Shown here: positions 29,165 through 38,883 of the stretch, in pieces
Numbering within the stretch: the first letter of the stretch is position 1
Layout of the letters: each line of letters starts with the position of its first letter
Assembly: GCA_900128565.1 (NCBI GenBank)
Contig: LT635919.1
Coordinates: 1 to 55,584 of the forward strand
Source: Stramenopiles sp. TOSAG23-6
Lineage: Eukaryota
Length of the DNA stretch: 55,584 bases
Direction: 5' to 3'
Program-made: the position numbers and the translations under genes
The notes under the pieces: generated by a model
What the model was told of the DNA's origin: nothing
What the model saw: the letters and a program-made list of their open reading frames with translations, nothing else
Database searches by the model: none

Positions 29165-30625
29165 ATGCTGTCTCGCGCTCTTCCTCTCAAAACTCCTCTT
29201 GTCCGTGGATTCAGGGCTTCTGCAAGAAAGAATGACAAGGTAAGTTTGTACTTTTGAATGTATATGGTGTTGATAGTAATACTAATCTTGACATTTTCCA
29301 AAATATCTTTTTCGTCTCCTTCTCACATCTATTGTTCTCTTTATATTTCCAATAATCCTCTCCTTAAACAACATATCAAGCTCATTCATATTTATTGGAT
29401 ATATACTTTTACATATAAGGTCCTTGTCGCTCTATATGCTGATCCAGTAAAAGGATACCCACCAAAGTACGCTCGTGATGACATTCCGCTAATTCAAGGA
29501 TACAACGATGGACAGACTACCCCAACCCCTGCTGGACGTGACTTCAAAGCAGGAGATCTCCTCGGATGTGTCAGTGGAGAACTTGGACTTCGCAAGTTCT
29601 TAGAAGATCGTGGTCATACTCTTGTTGTTACGTCTGACAAAGACGGTGAAGATTCCGTTTTCGAGAAAGAAATTGTTGACGCTGATATTGTAATCTCTCA
29701 ACCTTTCTGGCCAGCATACATTACAGCTGAACGTTTCGCTAAAGCTAAGAATCTCAAACACTGTATTACCGCTGGTATTGGTTCCGATCATGTTGATCTT
29801 GAAGCTGCTAAGAAACACAACTGCACTGTCACAGAAGTAACTTTCTGTAATTCTATCTCTGTTGCAGAACATGTTGTTATGCAAATTCTCTCTCTCGTCC
29901 GTAACTACATTCCTTCATACAAAACTGTTGTTGATGGTGGATGGAACATTGCTGATTGTGTTGAGCGAAGTTATGATGTTGAAGGTATGCATGTAGGCAC
30001 TGTTGCTGCTGGTCGTATTGGACTTGCTGTACTTCGCCGTATGCACCCTTTTGACTGCAAGCTCCATTATTGTGACCGTCATCGTCTACCAGAAAGCGTC
30101 GAAAAGGAGCTCAACCTTACTTACCATGCTACTCCAGAAGAGATGTACCCACACCTGGATGTCCTTACTTTGAATTGTCCTCTCCATCCAGAGACAGAAC
30201 ACATGTTGAATAAGGATTCAATCAAATTGCTCAAGCGTGGTGCATATGTTGTCAACACAGCTCGTGGAAAACTCGCTAACCGTGATGACCTTCGTGATGC
30301 ACTAGAAAGTGGTCATCTCGCTGGTTATGCTGGTGATGTGTGGTTCCCACAGCCTGCGCCAAAGGATCATCCATGGCGTTCAATGCCAAACCATGCGATG
30401 ACTCCTCATATCTCTGGTACTTCACTCTCTGCTCAAACACGATACTGTGATGGAGTGCGAGAGATTTTGGAGTGTCACTTTGACAAGAAACCAATCAGAA
30501 ATGAATATTTGATTATGCAAGATGGACAACTCGCTGGTGTTGGCGCACACTCTTACTCTGATGGAAATGCTACAGGAGGTTCTGGGGAAGCAGAAAACTT
30601 CAAGAAAATGGGAGGAAATATTTAA
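29165..30625 (+). CDS. fdh: NAD-dependent formate dehydrogenase with probable mitochondrial presequence; exons 29165-29239 and 29420-30625
   Basis: ISQPFWPAY, AGIGSDH, AAGRIG, NTARG, GDVWFPQPAP and TPHISG motifs. GTAAGT...TAAG intron at 29240-29419. Exon 1 encodes MLSRALPLKTPLVRGFRASARKNDK. Confidence 0.95.
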
Positions 30626-30812
30626 AGTGATAATATTTCGTGTATTTGTTGACATAGAATGAATTGGAATACAGTCTTCTTGTGTACTACTAAATAAAAT
30701 TGAGGAAAAAATATTTTATTTGCCTTCATAATGTTAGAAATCTTTTACACGCTTGATGCTCTCTCATAAAAGTTGATCTGCTCTCCAAAAATGTCCCAAT
30801 TAAGATTTAGAT
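30593..30812 (+). repeat. Direct repeat, copy A (FDH 3' end + intergenic + decayed TPR-gene 3' end)
   Basis: Shares cagaaaacttcaagaaaatgg, gaggaaatatttaaagtgataatatttcgtgtatttgttg and taaaagttgatctgctctccaaa...cccaattaagatttagat with 37301-37653. Confidence 0.85.
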
Positions 30813-30996
30813 TATCCCTCGTCGTAATATTCATTTGAATAAAATAAAATTTAAAAATTAAATTAACACGCAGAATGAGCTGCAGGTTTGTCAAAATTGT
30901 GAGAGCGAGTTTATTTACGTAGTTTTGTTTTCAAATCTTTTTGTTTTTCCTTTTTTTTTCCTATCTCTTTTTCTCTTTTGACTATCTATTTTCGAG

Positions 30997-33900
30997 ATGC
31001 GGTTTGTCCTTTTTCTGTCATGCCTTTCGATAATTCCATCGTCGATTAATGCACTTTGTACATGTGCGAATGGGACTCCAGCTGATGGATGCTCGAAGGA
31101 GGAAGAAAAGTGTAAGAGCTGTAATGGCGTGGACTTGGAGCAAGCTCGTTATATCCGAATTAGCACTGCAGCAAACAAGAACAAATGTTGCTTAAATTTG
31201 GCTGAAGTTGAATTGTATGATTCAAAGGAGCAAAAATTTGTTCTGAATGGGAAAGACGTATCGATGGATAGTACGTATAATGATCATGAGTCTGATGCAA
31301 GATACTGCGTTGATGGGAATACTACAGATCAAAAGTTGATGTGTCACTCAGGGACTGGTAGTGATAAGGAGCACTGGTTTTTGATTGATTTAAAAGATGT
31401 GATGACTCGAAATGCTGACAAAACGTTGAGTAAGATTAAAATCTACAATCGAGTGGGAAGGTTGTGGCAGAGAATCGAAGGAGGTAAAGTTGAGTTCTTA
31501 ACACAAATTGGACCCGACAAGGTTCTTTTGAAGTTGGATATCGTTGGCGCAAAAGCAACTTACGAATATAATTTGGAGAAGATTAATGTTAGGTATGAAT
31601 TGAATGATGAAAACAAATGCACTGAATGGGATGGAAAATGTGCTGTCGGGCAATTTTTGGATTCTGGCACTTCCGCTTGTAAAGATTGTGTAGCTGGAAA
31701 ATATTCTGCTGCTCGTGGCTCTTCGGCATGTACAGACTGTGTATCTGGAAAATTTTCTGATACTACTGGTTCTTCATCATGCCAAGCCATAAACAATTGT
31801 TACGGTAAGATAAAATTGAAAGAAGGTACAACGGTGTCCAATTCTGTATGTAGAGATCGATGTGATGATTCGGAGTATTTCGATACGAAAGCTGGTAAAT
31901 GCAAAGCAAGTAAAACGGATTGTGATGATATTAGAAAAATCATTAATCCTTCTCGCGATTTTATTTCCGATGATTATTGTGTATATAGAGACGAATGTAG
32001 TTTTTCTCCTCCTTCTAATGGAACGATAGGAACTTGTCCGAAAAGCTTGAAACTTCCTGCAGGGACAAGTTGTAACTTCGAATGTAATCCAGGTTTTGAA
32101 TTGAAATTAGAACCAACCACTTTAGTTATTCGTCCTCCAAAAAATTATTTTGTAAAAGGGTCTCAATTGGTATCAAAAACAACTATGTCTTCAACTAGTC
32201 TTTGTTTTCGTCTATTTTTTCAAGATGATAGGTTTCGAGATGCTAAACTTTGGTCATATTTTTACCATGATAGGCAGTGCTTTATTTATAACGAAGTACC
32301 AAAGAACGATGATTCCGAAACTATTTTGACGAAGTTTCCATCTGATACGGATCGTAGTAGTGATAGTGATAGTAGTAGTGATTCTGATACTGATGAAGAC
32401 TCAGAGAAGGAACGTACCACTGTGTATGGTCTAAGGGATGCTAAAACGAGGTGTGTAATAAAAAGATATGGTGGGGGTAGTAAGCTTCAACCCGTTACAT
32501 GTGTAAAAACAAACGTTTGCACATGTGAGAATGGAACAGCTGCAAAAGGAAAAGATTGTCCTAAAGATGGTGATCCAAAGTGCTTGAAATGTTCTTCTTC
32601 TTTTTATCTCTCTTCTTCTAATTCATGTGAAAAGACTACTGATTGTGATGCAATTGGAAAAAGTGAAGTAAAAGCTGCAACACCAACAACCGATGCAGTA
32701 TGTGGTCCTTTACGTGAGTGCACATGTAAAAATGGAACAGCTGCAAGAGGATCCATATGTCCAAAAGATGGTGATAAGAAATGTATGTCTTGCAATCAAG
32801 GTTATTATTTTCAGCAAGCATCCAAAAATTGTGTTCAAGTAAAAAATTGCTCTAAGCTTGGATTGAGAGTTAAAATGAGTGAAACACCATATTCTGATGC
32901 TATTTGTGGAGAAGAAAAAGTTTGTACATGTGTAAATGGTGTTGGAACAAGAGGTAAAACTTGTTCCAAACATGGTGAAAGTCATTGTTTATCTTGTAAC
33001 GATGGCTTTTATTTTTCAAAGGAATGGGACAGTTGTATAAAACATAAAAAATGTGATGAACTTGGATTGCAATTGAAAACGGCTGCCACTACAAACACTG
33101 ATGCAATCTGTGGAGAAGAAAAAGTTTGTACGTGTAAAAATGGAACAGAGGCAAAGGGAAAAGATTGTCCTAAACATGGCGATGAAAAGTGTGTCTCGTG
33201 TAATTATGGATTTTATTACACTTCTACTATGTGTAAGAAGAGTACTAATTGCAATGCCCTTGGCAAAGTAACTAAAGTTTGGGAAACGAAGACGACTGAT
33301 GCTATTTGTGGAAATGATAAGATATGTATATGTAAAAATGGTAATTTCTCCACAGGAACAAAATGTACGAGTAATGGAGTTTCAGGATGTGATAGTTGCA
33401 ACTCTGGTTATTTCCTTTTGGGGATGTTTGGGCGAATGTATTGTCAAAAATGTTACACCGCAACATTTACACGCGACAAATATGATAAAACGTGCCCATT
33501 ATGTGGTAAAGGCTATGGTGTTGAGCCGACAGGTAAAATTAAATGGATGAAAAATGGATATTGTGTTGAATGTCTTGAAAAAAATAACGAGTGGAATAAC
33601 ACTGTTGATGCATCACCTTGTGGACAACATAAAAAATGTCCCGCTGGACAAGGGTATAACTATGTGAATAAAGAAGATGCATGTATTCCATGTTCAGCTG
33701 GAAAGTTTTCAGATAAAGAAAATTATCTTCCATGTCAAGATGTAAAAAAATGTGCCACACAAGGAAAAGTTGAAAAAACTGCTGCAAGTGCAAAGAATGA
33801 TGCAATTTGCGGAGATGTTCGCAAATGTATATGTGAGAATGGAACGGGTGCAGAAGGATTAATATGTCCAAATGATGGTGATAAGAAATGTATTTCTTGC

Positions 33901-36900
33901 GATCAAGGTTATTATTTCCAGCAAGCGTCCCAAAATTGTGTTCAAGTAAAAAATTGCTCTAAGCTTGGATTGAGAGTTAAAACGAGTGAAACACCATATT
34001 CTGATGCTATTTGTGGAGAAGAAAAAGTTTGTACATGTGTAAATGGTGTTGGAACAAGAGGTAAAACTTGTTCCAAACATGGTGAAAGTCATTGTTTATC
34101 TTGTAACGATGGCTTTTATTTTTCAAAGGAAAAGGGAAGTTGTATAAAACATACTGATTGTTCCGATAAAAAAATGTGGATGAAAACAGCAGGTACTTCG
34201 ACAAGTGATGTTGAATGTGTTTCATGTGTACATGGAAAATCGATTTCTGAAGAGAAGAGAACAAGGCCACACGAATGTGGTGAATGCGATGCAGGATATG
34301 CGTTGAGGAAGGGTACATGTGAAGCATATGAAGGAGATTGTAAAAATGGTGATTTGGTTGAATTGAAACTTCGTACTGCTGATGATCAATGTGGTAGCTG
34401 TTTTAGTGGGTATGGTTTGAACGAAAAAGATAAAACATGTGAACCATGGGGAGGAACGTGCTTAAATGGTAATCTTGCTGAACAATGGGCTCGCATTCGA
34501 GCAAATGAATGTGGTAGTTGTGATGCTGGTTATGAGTTGACAGCATCAAAAAAAAGTGGTGGAGGACCAAAAACGTGTCAAGCATGTCCGAAAAAAATGT
34601 TCAATGGAGATGGTTCAGACAAACGATGTCAATTATGCCCAAATGGACGATACTTGATAAATTCAAAGGGTGCAAGTGTCAAAGATGCATGCAAAGAATG
34701 CGAAGAAGGCACTTTTTGTAAAGATGGAGAAAAAAAAATTTGTGCTGACGGGGAGTGGTCGGGCCTTGCTGCAACAGAATGTGGGAAATGCCGTGCAGGT
34801 TATGCATGTAAAAATGGTACAAAGAAGGAATGTGTTGCTGGAACGTACGCAAATGATGGCAGCACCGAATGTAAAAACTGCAGTGATCCACAATGGAGTG
34901 CTGCAAGGTCACGTTTCTGTTCCTTCTGCAAGTCGGGTTATGGAGTGAATAGCGGTGATGGTGGCTATTGCGTTGAATGTATTGAAAAAGACAGAAGCTA
35001 CAGCACGGAGGTGAATGCAAAACCATGTGGTCAACATGCGCCTTGTGGTCCAGGGACGGGATACAAATATGCGAATGAAAAAGATGCATGCATTACATGT
35101 GGTACAGGTTTCTTCTCATCAACTACAGACTACCGGCCGTGTCTGCCAAAGACGCATCCAACAAAAGATAAATGCCAAGATGGGTACAAATTTACGCTTG
35201 GTTCAAACGAAGAAGATTCTTCATGTGAAAAATGTGACAATAACACTATAGGAGTGGGTGAGTGGACAGGAAAAAATAATTGTACCATCAAAAGGTGTGG
35301 GCCTGGATATCACAATAATTCAGGTAATTCGAACAAGTGTGTTGTATATGCTGGTTCATGTAGTAATGGAAAGCTTCGCGAGATTGCAAAGCGACGCTTC
35401 GATGATGACTGTGCTTCTTGCAATGCTGGTTTCGTTTTGACAACTGGGAAAGATAGGAAACCAATCTGTCAAGCATGTCCAAATGGTTCGTATGCACAAG
35501 AAGGTACAGAAGATCATTGTACAGTTTGTGATGCAGGAACATATCTTGTAGATGCTACCGCTGTGAGAAAGCCATGTGTATCTTGCCCGCAAAGCTATGC
35601 TTGTACCAATGGGAAAATGACGAAATGTGAATTGACGACTTATGCAAATGGTACAGGCAATAAAACATGTTCATCGTGTCCTGCAGCTTTTTTTTGTGAA
35701 AAGGGAATTAAAAAAGTTTGCTATGAAGGCTATTATTCAGCGAAAGATGCCTCAGAATGCAAAGAATGTGAGGAAGGAACGGCATGTAGTAAAGGTGTGC
35801 AGCGTATATGTCCAGATGGAATGTGGACAAAATCGAAAGGTGCCACACAATGTGACACCAAGTGTCCAGGTGGCTATTTTTGCAAAAATGGCAAGAAGAT
35901 TGCATGTGCTGCTGGGACATATGCTCCAAAAGGGAGTACGGAATGCATACGTTGTACTGACCCACAATGGAGTTTTATGGGATCGGAAAATTGTTCATTT
36001 TGTAAATCAGGATTTGGTGTAGGGGATAGTTCTGCTAGTCCTTTGAAAGCTAATTACTGCGTTGCTTGCAACGAATCGAACACTTCTTGGAACGTAGCAA
36101 CAGATGAATCACCGTGCGGATTGCATGAGAAGTGTCCAAAAGGCATGGAATACAAACACGCGAACAATAAAGATGTGTGTTCTGAATGTAAAAAGGGTTT
36201 TTTTTCATCTTCAGTCGACTATGGTGCTTGCAAACCAGTGAAACAGGCAGATGCTTGTGATTATGGAACAAATTACATGCCTTCGAAAACAACTCAAGAA
36301 GATGCCCAGTGCACGAAGTGCTCGAAATGTTACAGAAGAGATCAAGTAGTTAGAACTTCTCATACAATTAAAGATTTGTTTAAACATGAAAAACAAAAAT
36401 ATTTCTGTGATTTATGTCAAAATAATCAACAATATTGTCGTTTTTGTATCTGCAATGTTGCAAAATGGAAAACAAGAGGAACGTGTGAAATTGAAGCATG
36501 TAAACAATCTTATAAAGTGGACAATGGGAAGCATAATTGTGTGCATTGCCATGCATCGGCGTCTCAGTTAAAAGGTTCAAGTTGTTTGCAATGTTTCGAT
36601 GATGTTACTAATTCAAATACAGCAAAAAATACATTGCAATTTGACAATAATTGTAATCCAGTAAAATGCAAACCGGGTTATGAACTGAGAGATTTTGAAG
36701 GAGAAAAACTTCTTTTTCTTCAAAAGAAACAACGTGATGGTTTTGGGATAGGCTGGAAGAAACTTTGTCTTCCATTTGCAGGTACTTGCAAGAATGGTGA
36801 CCTTATTGAGCAAGAAAAACGAACGAAAGACGGGCATTGTGGTTCTTGCTTCTCCTATGAACTGAAAGGAGATGAATGTGTTGTGAAAGGAAAGGGTGTT

Positions 36901-37272
36901 GGTGCAGGTGCTGGTGCTGCCAGTGGCGGTGTTACTCATTCTGCAAAGGTTCAAGAGAGCGGAGAGCAAAGGAGGAGAAGACACTTGATTGAAACACCAC
37001 CACATAATATGATGGAGAAAAACAGCACGCTTCACCTGACCTGGAGCCCCGTCCCCGCCAAAACTATCAACCCCGTGTGGTTAGGAAACGATAATAATGC
37101 TGAAATTTATGTAGTAGGCATTGTCTGTATTGTGAGCCTTTTCATTGGCAGTGTTATTGGTGCTATTTTTGGTATATTGTACCAGAAACGTCGTGATTTG
37201 AAAGATGAAAAAACGAAGAAACTAATGGAAATGATTCCAGAAATTATTGTTGATAGACATGTGTATGCATAA
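30997..37272 (+). CDS. Large Cys-rich type I surface protein (lectin-like N-terminal domain; TNFR/furin/GCC-like CxxC repeats; C-terminal TM)
   Basis: 2091-aa ORF with a signal peptide, dense CxxC repeats, a TM helix (IYVVGIVCIVSLFIGSVIGAIFGILY) and a short tail. Confidence 0.9.
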   Translation: MRFVLFLSCLSIIPSSINALCTCANGTPADGCSKEEEKCKSCNGVDLEQARYIRISTAANKNKCCLNLAEVELYDSKEQKFVLNGKDVSMDSTYNDHESDARYCVDGNTTDQKLMCHSGTGSDKEHWFLIDLKDVMTRNADKTLSKIKIYNRVGRLWQRIEGGKVEFLTQIGPDKVLLKLDIVGAKATYEYNLEKINVRYELNDENKCTEWDGKCAVGQFLDSGTSACKDCVAGKYSAARGSSACTDCVSGKFSDTTGSSSCQAINNCYGKIKLKEGTTVSNSVCRDRCDDSEYFDTKAGKCKASKTDCDDIRKIINPSRDFISDDYCVYRDECSFSPPSNGTIGTCPKSLKLPAGTSCNFECNPGFELKLEPTTLVIRPPKNYFVKGSQLVSKTTMSSTSLCFRLFFQDDRFRDAKLWSYFYHDRQCFIYNEVPKNDDSETILTKFPSDTDRSSDSDSSSDSDTDEDSEKERTTVYGLRDAKTRCVIKRYGGGSKLQPVTCVKTNVCTCENGTAAKGKDCPKDGDPKCLKCSSSFYLSSSNSCEKTTDCDAIGKSEVKAATPTTDAVCGPLRECTCKNGTAARGSICPKDGDKKCMSCNQGYYFQQASKNCVQVKNCSKLGLRVKMSETPYSDAICGEEKVCTCVNGVGTRGKTCSKHGESHCLSCNDGFYFSKEWDSCIKHKKCDELGLQLKTAATTNTDAICGEEKVCTCKNGTEAKGKDCPKHGDEKCVSCNYGFYYTSTMCKKSTNCNALGKVTKVWETKTTDAICGNDKICICKNGNFSTGTKCTSNGVSGCDSCNSGYFLLGMFGRMYCQKCYTATFTRDKYDKTCPLCGKGYGVEPTGKIKWMKNGYCVECLEKNNEWNNTVDASPCGQHKKCPAGQGYNYVNKEDACIPCSAGKFSDKENYLPCQDVKKCATQGKVEKTAASAKNDAICGDVRKCICENGTGAEGLICPNDGDKKCISCDQGYYFQQASQNCVQVKNCSKLGLRVKTSETPYSDAICGEEKVCTCVNGVGTRGKTCSKHGESHCLSCNDGFYFSKEKGSCIKHTDCSDKKMWMKTAGTSTSDVECVSCVHGKSISEEKRTRPHECGECDAGYALRKGTCEAYEGDCKNGDLVELKLRTADDQCGSCFSGYGLNEKDKTCEPWGGTCLNGNLAEQWARIRANECGSCDAGYELTASKKSGGGPKTCQACPKKMFNGDGSDKRCQLCPNGRYLINSKGASVKDACKECEEGTFCKDGEKKICADGEWSGLAATECGKCRAGYACKNGTKKECVAGTYANDGSTECKNCSDPQWSAARSRFCSFCKSGYGVNSGDGGYCVECIEKDRSYSTEVNAKPCGQHAPCGPGTGYKYANEKDACITCGTGFFSSTTDYRPCLPKTHPTKDKCQDGYKFTLGSNEEDSSCEKCDNNTIGVGEWTGKNNCTIKRCGPGYHNNSGNSNKCVVYAGSCSNGKLREIAKRRFDDDCASCNAGFVLTTGKDRKPICQACPNGSYAQEGTEDHCTVCDAGTYLVDATAVRKPCVSCPQSYACTNGKMTKCELTTYANGTGNKTCSSCPAAFFCEKGIKKVCYEGYYSAKDASECKECEEGTACSKGVQRICPDGMWTKSKGATQCDTKCPGGYFCKNGKKIACAAGTYAPKGSTECIRCTDPQWSFMGSENCSFCKSGFGVGDSSASPLKANYCVACNESNTSWNVATDESPCGLHEKCPKGMEYKHANNKDVCSECKKGFFSSSVDYGACKPVKQADACDYGTNYMPSKTTQEDAQCTKCSKCYRRDQVVRTSHTIKDLFKHEKQKYFCDLCQNNQQYCRFCICNVAKWKTRGTCEIEACKQSYKVDNGKHNCVHCHASASQLKGSSCLQCFDDVTNSNTAKNTLQFDNNCNPVKCKPGYELRDFEGEKLLFLQKKQRDGFGIGWKKLCLPFAGTCKNGDLIEQEKRTKDGHCGSCFSYELKGDECVVKGKGVGAGAGAASGGVTHSAKVQESGEQRRRRHLIETPPHNMMEKNSTLHLTWSPVPAKTINPVWLGNDNNAEIYVVGIVCIVSLFIGSVIGAIFGILYQKRRDLKDEKTKKLMEMIPEIIVDRHVYA
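32755..34153 (+). repeat. Near-identical internal duplication (~290 nt: 32755-33046 and 33862-34153)
   Basis: Both copies encode CQGYYFQQAS.NCVQVKNCSKLGLRVK.SETPYSDAICGEEKVCTCVNGVGTRGKTCSKHGESHCLSCNDGFYFSKE; offset 1107 nt. Confidence 0.95.
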
Positions 37273-37300
37273 GGGAGTGACTGAAAGTGGGATGAGGAAC

Positions 37301-37653
37301 ACAGAAAACTTCAAGAAAATGGGGTATTGAACCAGATACTTGGTTTTCCCACAAGCTCAATTCTACGAGATTAATTAGTTGATCAATTTCCGTTGGAATT
37401 GTACCAGATAGTTTGTTGTTGTGCAATTGCAAAACCCAAAGATTTCTTAGTTGACCAATTTCCTTTGAGGAAATATTTAAAGTGATAATATTTCGTGTAT
37501 TTGTTGTTATAGAATGAATTGGAATACAGTCTTTTTGTGTACCAAATAAAATAGTTTATTTACCTTGATAATGTTGGAATTCTTTCTGTTATACGCTTGA
37601 TACTCTCTTGTAAAAGTTGATCTGCTCTCCAAATGCCCCAATTAAGATTTAGA
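37301..37653 (+). repeat. Direct repeat, copy B (decayed FDH 3' end interrupted by an LRR insertion + intact TPR-gene 3' end)
   Basis: Matches 30593-30812 except for a 144-nt insertion and small indels. Confidence 0.85.
37323..37466 (-). pseudogene. Isolated fragment of exactly two 24-aa LRR units
   Basis: Translates as KEIGQLRNLWVLQLHNNKLSGTIP-TEIDQLINLVELSLWENQVSGSIP, with no start or other domains. Confidence 0.9.
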
Positions 37654-38675
37654 TGATTTGTGGAAACATATGAAGTATCAGGTGTACGTTGTTGTCGCCG
37701 CGCAATGAAACTATTCCAGTTTTCTTCATCATCATTATTATACAAAGATGATATTGCCGATGGTGAAAGTATCAATTCGGTGACTTCAGAATCACTTTCT
37801 TCGTCGTTACTTTTAGAAATATCATTTAGTGTATTTGGCTGTTGGTTTTTACTATTTCCTCTACTAGGACTGTTTTTTGAATGTGATTGGTCACTGGATT
37901 GTTTTCGTTGTATATGAGAAGTTCCAAGCCCAGCTCGCCTAACACTACGTTGTTCCATTCGTTTCGCATCCTCTTCGTCTTCATTTACAAATACAGAATC
38001 TAGTTTATAACTGTCTCTCTCACTTGACTGCAGAAGAAGTGCTTCATTCAAAATCAAAACACGTCGATGAAACTTCATTGCTTCATGCCTTCTCGAACCT
38101 CCAGCTTCACGAATGAGCGCAGCAGCATAACTGGATAATATTTCCGATTCCACTTCGATTGTGCTATGTGGTACGTTTTTTCTATTATTCTGAATTAATT
38201 CTAAGGCTCGCTTGAAGTATTCCTCTGCCTGTAAAATGTTCTTTTTCCAGGTCCAATGTATTATTCCAAGAGAATTCAAGCTCCGTGCCACAATGATTGC
38301 ACATGAACCTGATAACTCGGCATCATCTTTTACACCATTCCTAGATATTACTAGATGACGGTTTTGAAAAGTAATTGCGTCATCAAACTTTCCCAACAAA
38401 GCAGTGGCTTCTGCTAGCTTGGATAGTGGTTCTAATAAGTGACCATGCGTATCACTACCTACTTCTAACTCAATTCTCCTTACATCAGCTAAAAGTTTAT
38501 CTATTTCTTTGTGAACAGAAGCAAAGGGAGCTTCAAATACAGTATGTTTTGCCAGTGTCGTAGGCCGAGCATGTAGTTCCATTCTAATTCGAACCCAGGT
38601 CTCGACGACTTGGAAACTAGAAAAGAAAAGATGAATAAACGATTTGATTTCCATGTTTAACCATACATCCAACAT
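37560..38675 (-). CDS. TPR-containing protein (start possibly 38582)
   Basis: TPR-like helices: LGKFDDAITFQNRHL, ARSLNSLGIIH...AEEYFKRALEL and EAMKFHRRVL. Confidence 0.7.
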   Translation of the reverse strand: MLDVWLNMEIKSFIHLFFSSFQVVETWVRIRMELHARPTTLAKHTVFEAPFASVHKEIDKLLADVRRIELEVGSDTHGHLLEPLSKLAEATALLGKFDDAITFQNRHLVISRNGVKDDAELSGSCAIIVARSLNSLGIIHWTWKKNILQAEEYFKRALELIQNNRKNVPHSTIEVESEILSSYAAALIREAGGSRRHEAMKFHRRVLILNEALLLQSSERDSYKLDSVFVNEDEEDAKRMEQRSVRRAGLGTSHIQRKQSSDQSHSKNSPSRGNSKNQQPNTLNDISKSNDEESDSEVTELILSPSAISSLYNNDDEENWNSFIARRQQRTPDTSYVSTNHLNLNWGIWRADQLLQESIKRITERIPTLSR

Positions 38676-38883
38676 TAGTTACCCGGGTCACTTTTTTTTA
38701 AGTCACGGAGATTTTTTGCCATTTTTTTGTTTTTTTTGTCAACTAGTATAATACTTACGTAGTAAATGAGTCAGCACGAAGTGCACGAAGACCTTTAGAC
38801 AGCGACATCTTCACAACTCGGCACACGCATCTTCTCGCGTAACTAATTCGTAAAGCTATTACTTCTTGATTGAAAAATACATT

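Noticed and set aside
29258-29419. Hydrophobic N-terminal extension of FDH shown in the ORF track
   Set aside because: It is read-through of the GT-AG intron 29240-29419; the real first exon is 29165-29239.
31560-37035. Numerous short antisense and alternative-frame ORFs over the Cys-rich gene (and over other long CDSs)
   Set aside because: They are shadows of the long coding frames with no recognisable motifs.
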